Part shown: positions 56,232-64,000 of the stretch, piece after piece
Position numbering within the stretch: position 1 is the stretch's first letter
How the letters are laid out: each line of letters opens with the position of its first letter
Assembly: GCA_041488455.1 (NCBI GenBank)
Contig: JBGPPG010000003.1
Location: 2,445-66,444 of the forward strand
DNA from: Gemmatimonadota bacterium
GTDB taxonomy: Bacteria > Gemmatimonadota > Gemmatimonadetes > Gemmatimonadales > GWC2-71-9
Length of the DNA: 64,000 bases
Direction: 5' to 3'
Program-made: the position numbers and the translations under genes
Notes under the pieces: model-generated
Databases searched by the model: none
The model's input: the letters and a program-made list of their open reading frames with translations, nothing else
Told to the model about the DNA's origin: nothing

Positions 56232-58124
56232 CTAGAGCTCGATGCGGGTGCCCAACTCCACCACTCGGTTGGCGGGGATCTTGAAAAAGGCGGTGGCGCT
56301 GGCGGCGTTACGCGTCATCGCGGCGAACAATTTCTCGCGCCACAGCGCCATACCCTGCGCCTGGGTAGGAACCAAAGTCTGGCGACTCAGGAAGAAGGAG
56401 GTTTCCATCAGACTGAAGTCCAGGCCCTTGCCTCGGGTCAGCTCCAGCGCGCGCGGCAGGTCGGGCTCGTCCTTGAAGCCGTAGTACACGGTCACCCGGT
56501 AGAACTCGTGCCCCAGTGGATCGACCTCGACGCGCTGGGCGTCGGGGACATGCGGGATGTCCTCCGCGCGCACGGTGAGCAGGACGACGCGTTCGTGCAG
56601 CACCTTGTTGTGATTCAGGTTGTGCAGCAATGCATGCGGCACGCCTTCCCGCGTGGCGGTGAGGAAAACGGCGGTGCCCGGTACGCGCAAAGGCGGGTGC
56701 TCGGTGATGCTGTGGATGAACGGTTCCAGCGCGATGGCGCCTGGCCTCAGGCGTTCGAACAGGACTTCCCGCCCGCGTTTCCAGGTGGACATCAGCGTGT
56801 ACACAATCACCCCCACCACGAGCGGGAACCAGCCACCTTCGAGTACCTTCACCGCATTCGCCGCGAAGAACGAAAGATCTACCAATAGAAAGACACCGAT
56901 GACCAGCGTCGCACTGATCGCACTCCAGCCCCAGATGCGCCGGACAACTAAGTACGCGAGTACGGTGGTGACGATCATCGTTCCCGTGACCGCGACCCCG
57001 TAGGCGGCAGCCAGGTTGCTCGAGGAGCCGAAGCCAAGGACCAGCCCCACCACCGCGACGTACAGGCCCCAATTGATCCACGGCAGGTACACCTGTCCGA
57101 TCTCCCTCTCCGAAGTGTGCTCGATCATCAAGCGCGGGCAATAGCCGAGCTGAATGGCCTGGCGCGTGAGTGAATAGGCGCCCGAGATCACCGCCTGTGA
57201 AGCGATGACTGTGGCCAGCGTCGCGAGCGCGACCATGGGGTACAGCGCCCAGTCCGGTGCCAGGTGAAAGAACGGGTTCGCGATGGCCGCGGGCTGGTTG
57301 AGAACCAGCGCCCCCTGTCCCAGATAGTTGAGGACCAGCGACGGGAACACCAGATACAGCCAAGCTATCCGGATCGGGTGCTTGCCGAAGTGCCCCATGT
57401 CTGCGTACAGCGCTTCGGCCCCGGTAACGGCCAGGAACACGGCACCGAGCGTGAGGAACCCGATCCATCCGTCCTGCTGGAAGAAGCGCACCGCGTAGAC
57501 CGGGTTGAGCGCCGTAAGCACGCTGGGTTGGTGTGCGATGTTGATGACGCCAAGCAGTGCGAGGAGCGTGAACCACACCACCATCACCGGGCCGAAGAAG
57601 TTGCCCACGTGGCCTGTGCCTAGCTGCTGGAACAGGAACAACCCGGTGAGCACGACGATCGTGATCGGGATGATATAGGGCCGGAACAGCGGCGTGGCCA
57701 CCTCCAAGCCTTCCACCGCCGACAGCACCGAAATGGCCGGCGTAATCATGCCGTCGCCGTAGAACAGCGCCGCCCCGAACATCCCTAGCGCCATCAGCGC
57801 CCAGGCGCTGCGGCTGCGTGGTGGCACGGTGCGGCGAACGAGCGCCATCAGCGCCATGATGCCACCTTCACCGCGGTTGTCGGCTCGCATGATGAACGCG
57901 ACGTACTTCACCGTCACGATGAGGAACAAGGCCCAGAAAATCAGCGACAGAATTCCAAGAACATTGTCGTGATTCAGAGGCACGTGATGGGCGCCGCTGA
58001 AGGCCTCCTTGAAGGCATACAGCGGGCTGGTGCCGATATCCCCGTAGACGACGCCGACCGCACCGATCGCCAGACCCAGCACTCCCTTGCGGGCGCCCGT
58101 GTCGGTGTCGTTGCCGTTGCCCAT
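56232..58124 (-). CDS. kup: KUP/HAK/KT potassium uptake transporter
   Basis: [20 protein letters not shown] and [12 protein letters not shown]. The start is set at Met122 of the track ORF, giving 630 aa. Confidence 0.9.
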   Translation of the reverse strand: MGNGNDTDTGARKGVLGLAIGAVGVVYGDIGTSPLYAFKEAFSGAHHVPLNHDNVLGILSLIFWALFLIVTVKYVAFIMRADNRGEGGIMALMALVRRTVPPRSRSAWALMALGMFGAALFYGDGMITPAISVLSAVEGLEVATPLFRPYIIPITIVVLTGLFLFQQLGTGHVGNFFGPVMVVWFTLLALLGVINIAHQPSVLTALNPVYAVRFFQQDGWIGFLTLGAVFLAVTGAEALYADMGHFGKHPIRIAWLYLVFPSLVLNYLGQGALVLNQPAAIANPFFHLAPDWALYPMVALATLATVIASQAVISGAYSLTRQAIQLGYCPRLMIEHTSEREIGQVYLPWINWGLYVAVVGLVLGFGSSSNLAAAYGVAVTGTMIVTTVLAYLVVRRIWGWSAISATLVIGVFLLVDLSFFAANAVKVLEGGWFPLVVGVIVYTLMSTWKRGREVLFERLRPGAIALEPFIHSITEHPPLRVPGTAVFLTATREGVPHALLHNLNHNKVLHERVVLLTVRAEDIPHVPDAQRVEVDPLGHEFYRVTVYYGFKDEPDLPRALELTRGKGLDFSLMETSFFLSRQTLVPTQAQGMALWREKLFAAMTRNAASATAFFKIPANRVVELGTRIEL

Positions 58125-58331
58125 CTCGGCAGCGGTGGTTGCCGCTGCGGGAGCTTGATCGGAGTGCACGAGTTTGGAAGCGGAGGCGGCGGGGCATCTT
58201 ACCACGGCTGCAACCGCCCTCAGCGGCAGTGGCGGGCGTCGGTGTTTGCGCATACCATAACTGCGACGTCCCGACCGGCTGTTGCGTGCGCGCCGCGGGC
58301 GCCGACCCTTTCCTCTCGCTACGAGCATGTC

Positions 58332-58724
58332 ATGGGCAAGCAGACAATCCAGACCAGCGACGCCCCGCGGGCGATCGGCACCTACTCCCAGGCCGTTCGC
58401 GTCGGGAACACGGTCTACCTGTCGGGCCAGATCGGGCTTCAGCCCGCGACCATGACGCTGGCCGAGGGCGCCGATGCGCAGATCCATCAGGTGTTCCGCA
58501 ATCTGCGAGCGGTTGCGACGGCAGCCGGCGCCTCACTGGAAGATGCAGTGAAGGTAACGGTGTTCCTCACCGACATGGGGAACTTCGCGCGCGTGAACGA
58601 GGCGATGGCGCAGTATTTTGTGGAGCCGTACCCCGCACGCGCCGCGGTTGGCGTGGCCTCGCTGCCGCGCGGCGCCCTGGTGGAGATCGAGGCGATACTC
58701 GCTGTCGGTGAAGCTCACGCCTGA
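58332..58724 (+). CDS. ridA: RidA/YjgF family reactive-intermediate deaminase
   Basis: [25 protein letters not shown] and [22 protein letters not shown]. Confidence 0.85.
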   Translation: MGKQTIQTSDAPRAIGTYSQAVRVGNTVYLSGQIGLQPATMTLAEGADAQIHQVFRNLRAVATAAGASLEDAVKVTVFLTDMGNFARVNEAMAQYFVEPYPARAAVGVASLPRGALVEIEAILAVGEAHA

Positions 58725-60843
58725 TGCAGCCGCGCGCTCTAGCGTCGCCGGCATCTCGGCCGCAGTGCGCCAGAGGCTGGAAAGGCTCGGGCTGCGGCGC
58801 GACCTGGATCTGGTCCTGCATTTACCGCTGCGCTACGAGGACGAAACCAAGGTCGTGCGCCTGAGCGATGCGCCGGCCGGCCAGACGGTTCAGGTCGAGG
58901 GCGAGGTGGAAGAGGCCGCCATCCAGTACCGGCCCAAGCGCATGCTTGTCTGCCGTGTGCGCGACGGCGAAGACCTCCTGCACCTGCGCTTCTTCAACTT
59001 CTACCCCAGCCAGCAGAAGCAGCTTGCGCCCGGCTCCCGGTTGCGGTTGCTGGGCGAGCTACGCAAAGGGTTCTTCGGCGCCGAGATGGTCCATCCGCGC
59101 TTCCGCGTGCTGCGCTCAGACGAACCGCTGCCGCAGTCGCTCACACCGGTGTACCCGACCACTGCCGGGCTGTCGCAAGGGGTTCTGCGCAGGCTCGTGC
59201 AGCGCGCGCTCGACGCGGCCGATCTGACCGACACGCTCCCGTCAGAGGTCATCACGCCGCTCAAGCTGCCTTCCTTCAAGCAGAGCATCGCGTACCTGCA
59301 CAATCCACCGCCACATGCCCGGCTCGAAGCGCTGGAGCAGCGCACGCACCCCGCGTGGCGCCGGGTAAAGTTCGACGAGCTGCTGGCCCAGCAGTTGTCC
59401 ATGCGCATGCACTACCGCAAGCGCCAGACCGTGGCCGCGCCGCGCCTCACGCGGTACGCTCAGCTGCCGGCGCAGCTCCTCGCTGGGCTGCCGTTCAGGC
59501 TTACCCGGGCCCAGCAGCGCGTGCTGGGCGAGATCCGCTCCGACCTGGCCCGGGGGCATCCCATGCAGCGGCTGTTGCAGGGCGACGTGGGCAGCGGCAA
59601 GACCGTGGTCGCCGCGCTGGCGGCCCTACAGGCGGTGGAGAGCGGCTACCAGGTGGCCATCATGGCACCCACTGAGGTCCTGGCCGAGCAGCACTACGCG
59701 AAGTTCTCCCAGTGGTTGGCGCCGCTCGGCGTGGGGCTGGCCCGACTCGCGGGCAACCTCGGGCGCAGGCAGAAGCGCACCCAGCTCGAGGGCGTGGCGC
59801 GGGGTGACGCCAAGGTGGTGGTGGGCACCCATGCCCTGTTCCAGGAGGAGGTGAAATTCCAGCGGCTGGGCCTGGCCATCGTCGATGAGCAGCATCGCTT
59901 CGGGGTGCTCCAGCGCCTCGCGCTGCGCCTGAAAGGCACGGGCGATGCAGAGCAGCCGCATCAGCTGATGATGAGCGCCACACCGATCCCGCGCACCCTC
60001 GCCATGAGCTTCTACGCCGACCTCGACGTGTCGGTCATCGACGAGCTGCCACCAGGCCGTACACCGGTGGTCACCAAGCTGGTGTCGGATTCGCGCCGCG
60101 ACGAGGTTATCGCGCGCGTGCGCGATGCGTGCTTGCAGGGCCGGCAGGCCTACTGGGTGTGTCCGCTGATAGAGGACAACGAGCTGGCTGTGGTGGCCAA
60201 TGGCGGGCCAGGCGGCGTAAGGCGGCGAAGCGCCAGCCGCAGGCAATCGGAGGCGCTGCAGCTGCAGACCGCGCTGGACACCTTCGAGCGGATCAAGCGG
60301 ACCTTCCCGGCGTTGGCCGTGGGCCTAGTGCACGGGCGCCTGGCCGGCGCCGAGAAGGCAGCAGTGATGCAAGCGTTCGAGTCGGGAGCCGTGCAGCTGC
60401 TGGTGGCCACGACCGTCATCGAAGTCGGCGTCGACGTGCCTAACGCCTCACTCATGGTCGTCGAGAACGCGGAGCGCATGGGTCTGTCCCAGCTGCATCA
60501 GCTGCGCGGGCGCGTCGGGCGTGGCGCGCAGTCCAGCGTGTGCATTCTGCTGTACCAGAACCCGCTGTCGGACACGGCGCGCGAGCGGCTGCGCATCATC
60601 TTCGAGAGCTCGGACGGCTTCGAGGTCGCGCGCCACGATCTGCGCATGCGCGGGCCCGGCGAGCTGCTTGGTGCACGCCAAAGCGGCTTGCCCATGTTGC
60701 GCTTCGCCGACCTGGAGCGCGACCTGGATCTGCTGGAGGAGGCGCGAGACACTGCGGACCGAATGCTGCGCAAGTGGCCCGAACGCGCTGACGTGCATCT
60801 GCAGCGCTGGCTCGGCGGCAGGCAGGAGTACCTGCGCGTATAG
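58708..60843 (+). CDS. recG: ATP-dependent DNA helicase RecG
   Basis: It has a wedge domain, helicase motifs GDVGSGKT and DEQHRFGV, and [44 protein letters not shown] 58708 overlaps the ridA end. Confidence 0.9.
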   Translation: MKLTPDAAARSSVAGISAAVRQRLERLGLRRDLDLVLHLPLRYEDETKVVRLSDAPAGQTVQVEGEVEEAAIQYRPKRMLVCRVRDGEDLLHLRFFNFYPSQQKQLAPGSRLRLLGELRKGFFGAEMVHPRFRVLRSDEPLPQSLTPVYPTTAGLSQGVLRRLVQRALDAADLTDTLPSEVITPLKLPSFKQSIAYLHNPPPHARLEALEQRTHPAWRRVKFDELLAQQLSMRMHYRKRQTVAAPRLTRYAQLPAQLLAGLPFRLTRAQQRVLGEIRSDLARGHPMQRLLQGDVGSGKTVVAALAALQAVESGYQVAIMAPTEVLAEQHYAKFSQWLAPLGVGLARLAGNLGRRQKRTQLEGVARGDAKVVVGTHALFQEEVKFQRLGLAIVDEQHRFGVLQRLALRLKGTGDAEQPHQLMMSATPIPRTLAMSFYADLDVSVIDELPPGRTPVVTKLVSDSRRDEVIARVRDACLQGRQAYWVCPLIEDNELAVVANGGPGGVRRRSASRRQSEALQLQTALDTFERIKRTFPALAVGLVHGRLAGAEKAAVMQAFESGAVQLLVATTVIEVGVDVPNASLMVVENAERMGLSQLHQLRGRVGRGAQSSVCILLYQNPLSDTARERLRIIFESSDGFEVARHDLRMRGPGELLGARQSGLPMLRFADLERDLDLLEEARDTADRMLRKWPERADVHLQRWLGGRQEYLRV

Positions 60844-60864
60844 GGACGCGCCCCTCGGGTATGA

Positions 60865-62973
60865 TTGCCCTTCACCAACGCTCGGACACCCGCGTCCGCT
60901 GCGGGCTCCGAGGACTGTGGGAGCGCGAGCGCGGCTTCCGGGCTGATCCACAAGACCTCTAAAGCAGGCGCACCAGGCTTGTTTTCGTTCGATGCAGTCC
61001 TCGCCGTACCGCTGTATTGGATCGCGGTCGGCCTGTCCGGGCTCTCCTCCAAGGCCGGCCGGGGTCTGCACGCCCGCATCTTCTTCCCGCTCGGCGCGCT
61101 CGGCGGGTTGGCGTTGGCCGCTGCCGCCTGCCCCGCGCTCAGCGGCGCGCCGCACTCGCTGGTTCTGCCACTGGGCCTGCCCGACCTGCCGTTCCATGTG
61201 CGGCTGGACGCGCTGTCGGCTTTCTTCCTGCTGCTGCTGGGTGCGGTGAGCGCGGGCGTCTCGCTGTACTGCGCAGGCTACTTCGAGACGGGCGGTGGCG
61301 GGGAGATCCGGCTGGTATGCCTCCAGTACCACGTGTTCCTCGCCAGCATGGCGCTGGTGCTGCTGGCCGACGACGCGTACCTGTTCATGGTGGCCTGGGA
61401 GACGATGGCGCTGGCGTCCTACTTCCTGGTCACCACCGACCATCGGGTCCAGCAGATCCGCAGTGCGGGGCTCTTGTATCTCATCGTCGCGCACGTCGGC
61501 GCCATCGCCATCCTGCTGTGTTTCGGGACCCTGCAGCTCGGTCAGTGGAGCTACACTTTCGACGCTATTCGCGGCAACACGCTGTCGGCGTCCTGGGCGT
61601 CGGTTGCGTTTCTGCTAGCGTTGTTCGGCTTCGGCGCCAAGGCCGGCTTTCTGCCGGTGCACGTCTGGTTGCCTGAGGCGCATCCCGCGGCACCATCCCC
61701 GGTGTCGGGTCTGCTGAGCGGCGTAATGCTGAAGACCGCCGTCTATGGCCTGCTGCGGGTGACCTTCGACCTGCTGCACGTGCGGGTCTGGTGGTGGGGC
61801 GTGGTCGCGCTGTCCCTGGGGCTGCTGACCGCGCTGTTCGGCGTGATGTTTGCGGCCGTGCAGACCGACGTGAAGCGTCTGCTGGCCTACTCCTCCATCG
61901 AGAACCTCGGCATCATCCTGGCTGGCTTCGGGCTGACGCTCCTGTTCCACAGCTACGACATGAACGTGCTGGCTGCCCTGGCGTTGGCCGCTACGCTGTA
62001 CCACTGCCTCAACCATGCGCTGTTCAAAAGCCTGCTGTTCCTGGTTACCGGCTCGGTCATGCACGCCACCAGCCATCGCAGCCTGGGCAAGCTCGGGGGT
62101 CTCATCCGCCACATGCCATGGGTGGCAGCGGCCGGGTTGATCGGTACACTGGCCATCGCCGGGTTGCCGCCGCTCAACGGCTTCGCTTCGGAGTGGATGC
62201 TGTTCCAGGCCTTCCTGCTTTCGCCCAGTCTGCCCAACTCCTACCTCAGCATGCTGGTGCCGGTGGCTACCGCCGCGCTGGCGCTGGCGGTGGCGGTGGG
62301 CGGTTACGTCATGGTCAAGTTCTACGGCGTCGTGTTCCTCGGGCTGCCGCGCGAGGAGGGCGCGCAAGCGCATGACGCCGGCCCCTGGGAGCGTGCCGGC
62401 CTGCTTTGGCTGGCGACCTGGTGCGTGGCTTTGGGCCTGTTGCCGGTATTCGTGGTCGCCGCCATGGATCCGATCGCGCGCGCCCTGGTGGGGGCTACAT
62501 TGCAAGACAGCATGCAGGAGTCGAGCTGGCTGTTTCTCACCGCCATCCAGCCGGAACGAGCCAGCTACAGCGCGCTGCTGTTCCTGCTCGGGATTGTCCT
62601 AACCGTGCTCGCCAGCTACCTGCTGGTGCGGCGCTTTTACCACGGGCGCGTGCGCCGCTCGGCGCCCTGGGATTGCGGCTTCGGGCGGCTGGACGCGCGC
62701 ATGCAGGACTCGGCGGAGGGCTTCGGTCAGCCCATCAAGCAGATCTTCGAGCCGTTCTTCAGAATCGAGCGCTCCCAGCCGAGTCCGTTCGACGCGCGCC
62801 CGCTGTACTGGTCGAGCATCGAAGACCGCCTGTGGTACTGGGTATACGTGCCGGTCATCAAGGCGGCAGAGCGGCTGTCCTCGTTGGTAGGGATCCTTCA
62901 CCACGGCCGCATTCACTTGTACCTGATCTACAGCTTCGCCACGCTGCTGGCGCTGCTGTTGCTGCTCCAATGA
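60865..62973 (+). CDS. hyfB: hydrogenase-4 component B-like / NuoL-Mrp-type proton-conducting antiporter subunit
   Basis: WETMALASYFLV, FGFGAKAGFLPVHVWLPEAHPAAPSPVS, LLAYSSIENLG and NHALFKSLLFL are collinear with E. coli HyfB. The start is uncertain (ATG 60865 or TTG ~60979). Confidence 0.8.
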   Translation: MPFTNARTPASAAGSEDCGSASAASGLIHKTSKAGAPGLFSFDAVLAVPLYWIAVGLSGLSSKAGRGLHARIFFPLGALGGLALAAAACPALSGAPHSLVLPLGLPDLPFHVRLDALSAFFLLLLGAVSAGVSLYCAGYFETGGGGEIRLVCLQYHVFLASMALVLLADDAYLFMVAWETMALASYFLVTTDHRVQQIRSAGLLYLIVAHVGAIAILLCFGTLQLGQWSYTFDAIRGNTLSASWASVAFLLALFGFGAKAGFLPVHVWLPEAHPAAPSPVSGLLSGVMLKTAVYGLLRVTFDLLHVRVWWWGVVALSLGLLTALFGVMFAAVQTDVKRLLAYSSIENLGIILAGFGLTLLFHSYDMNVLAALALAATLYHCLNHALFKSLLFLVTGSVMHATSHRSLGKLGGLIRHMPWVAAAGLIGTLAIAGLPPLNGFASEWMLFQAFLLSPSLPNSYLSMLVPVATAALALAVAVGGYVMVKFYGVVFLGLPREEGAQAHDAGPWERAGLLWLATWCVALGLLPVFVVAAMDPIARALVGATLQDSMQESSWLFLTAIQPERASYSALLFLLGIVLTVLASYLLVRRFYHGRVRRSAPWDCGFGRLDARMQDSAEGFGQPIKQIFEPFFRIERSQPSPFDARPLYWSSIEDRLWYWVYVPVIKAAERLSSLVGILHHGRIHLYLIYSFATLLALLLLLQ

Positions 62974-62992
62974 CGAACCCCGCCGCAGGCAG

Positions 62993-63946
62993 ATGAGCCC
63001 GGGCTATTTCGCTTCTCAGCTGTTGCAGACCCTGTTGGCGGTGTTCCTGGCGCCGCTGATGCTGGGCTGGGTCAACCAGTGCCGTGCCTGGCTGCAGAAC
63101 AAGTCGGGCCCGGGCGTGCTGCAGCCTTACCGCGTGATCCTCAAGCTGTTCCACAAGGACGCGGTCCTGGCGCACAACGCGTCATGGTTGTTCCGCTTCG
63201 CGCCCTATACGGTGTTCGGCTGCATGGTGCTGGCGGCAAGCATCGTCCCGATCCTGGCCACCGACCTCCCGTTCTCGCCGGCGGCGGACGTGATCGCCCT
63301 GGTGGGGCTGTTCGCGCTCGCCCGCGTGTTCATGGCGCTGGCGGCGATGGACGTAGGCACCGCCTTCGGGTCGCTCGGCGCGCGCCGCGAGATGCTGGTG
63401 GCGAGCTTGGCGGAGCCGGCGCTGCTGATGGTGTTCTTCACGCCCGCGTTGATCAGCCAGTCCACCGCGCTCACCACCATCGTCGAAACGCTGGCACACC
63501 GCGAGCTTACGCTCTACCCGAGCCTGGCCTTCGCCGCGGTGGCCTTCGTCATGCTGCTGCTGGCCGAGAACGCACGCATCCCGGTGGACAACCCTTCCAC
63601 GCACCTGGAGCTGACGATGATCCACGAGGCTTTGGTCCTCGAGTATTCGGCCCGGCATCTTGCCTTGCTCGAGTGGGCGCACGCGCTCAAGTTGATGACC
63701 TACACCGGCATCGGGATCGCGTTGTTCTTGCCCTGGGGCATTGCGGCCGCGGGACAGTGGACCATGATGCCGCTGTCAGTGCTGGCCCTTCTGGTCAAGC
63801 TGCTGCTGGGCGGCGCCGCGCTGGCGGTGCTGGAGATGGTGTCGGCCAAGATGCGCATCTTCCGCGTGCCCGAATTCCTGGGCATGGCGTTCCTGCTCGC
63901 GGTGCTGGGGATGCTGACGCGATTGCTGCTGGGGAGCGCCGGATGA
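62993..63946 (+). CDS. hyfC: hydrogenase-4 component C / HycD-like (NuoH-family) membrane subunit
   Basis: LQPYRVILKLFHKD and AENARIPVDNPSTHLELTMIHEA are characteristic of the HycD/HyfC/NuoH family. Confidence 0.8.
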   Translation: MSPGYFASQLLQTLLAVFLAPLMLGWVNQCRAWLQNKSGPGVLQPYRVILKLFHKDAVLAHNASWLFRFAPYTVFGCMVLAASIVPILATDLPFSPAADVIALVGLFALARVFMALAAMDVGTAFGSLGARREMLVASLAEPALLMVFFTPALISQSTALTTIVETLAHRELTLYPSLAFAAVAFVMLLLAENARIPVDNPSTHLELTMIHEALVLEYSARHLALLEWAHALKLMTYTGIGIALFLPWGIAAAGQWTMMPLSVLALLVKLLLGGAALAVLEMVSAKMRIFRVPEFLGMAFLLAVLGMLTRLLLGSAG

Positions 63947-64000
63947 CGCTGCCCATGACCCATCAGCTCATCAACCTCATGGCGTGCCTGCTGCTGCTCA
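63943..64000 (+). CDS. 5' end of a HyfE/NuoK-like small membrane subunit (partial, runs off the right edge)
   Basis: MTLPMTHQLINLMACLLLL starts on an ATGA overlap with hyfC. Only 19 codons are visible. Confidence 0.35.
   Translation, partial: MTLPMTHQLINLMACLLLL

Overview
This 64-kb high-GC window reads as two different genomic contexts joined near 34.0-34.4 kb. All calls come from reading the ORF translations and the DNA by eye. No searches were run, start codons are best guesses, and family names are recognition-level.

LEFT PART (1-34 kb). It is very GC-rich, has many ATGA/GTGA start-stop overlaps, and has five sigma-54-type -24/-12 promoter matches. It carries:
- a Pat-like GNAT and a P-type cation ATPase;
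- a sigma-54-promoted same-strand string of an HPF/RaiA-like protein, an eRF1-fold bacterial release-factor homologue (baeRF), an IMPase-fold phosphatase and a frameshifted Lon-like protease. An orphan rtcA converges on this string, and an archaeal-type SAM synthetase follows;
- a ybaK-like gene, groEL without groES, a CBS/ACT protein and an HhH (PolX N-terminal-like) protein;
- a DASS anion transporter and a HlyD plus YbhF/S/R-type ABC-2 exporter;
- a small islet of tiny membrane and stress proteins (lmo0937-type, BON, YtxH, Thivi_2564-type) next to a decayed radical-SAM relic;
- a seven-gene translationally coupled operon: PNPOx-like, acyl-CoA synthetase, E1 alpha, E1 beta, E2, stand-alone ACP and fatty-acyl ligase, with no E3;
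- usp, a degenerate MBL-fold protein and pncB.

JUNCTION. A frameshifted, truncated nucleotidyltransferase fragment (34040-34227) marks the boundary.

RIGHT PART (34.4-64 kb). GC is lower and the housekeeping gene order looks Beta/Gammaproteobacteria-like:
- ahcY-metF;
- a class-V aminotransferase with an in-frame Cro/YdaS-like HTH extension;
- a pteridine reductase, ttcA and split yeeE/yedE operon;
- midA-like, haloalkane dehalogenase, mpl, an OFA-type MFS transporter and yqiA-like;
- an RNB ribonuclease, a tonB-like gene, aroE-mtgA and an fpg/nei-like gene;
- a PilZ-motif protein, lgt, sapC, tRNA-Ala(CGC), an orphan acidic protein, kup and ridA-recG;
- the start of a hyfB-hyfC-hyfE-type group-4 hydrogenase/Mrp-like membrane module.

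No CRISPR array, transposase, integrase or rRNA was seen.

The two most interesting candidates are the HPF/baeRF/IMPase/Lon(+RtcA) ribosome-rescue-like module and the E1-E2-ACP operon.

Several frame disruptions and a poly-G tract suggest either pseudogenisation or assembly and indel errors. The 34-kb junction could be an assembly chimera.
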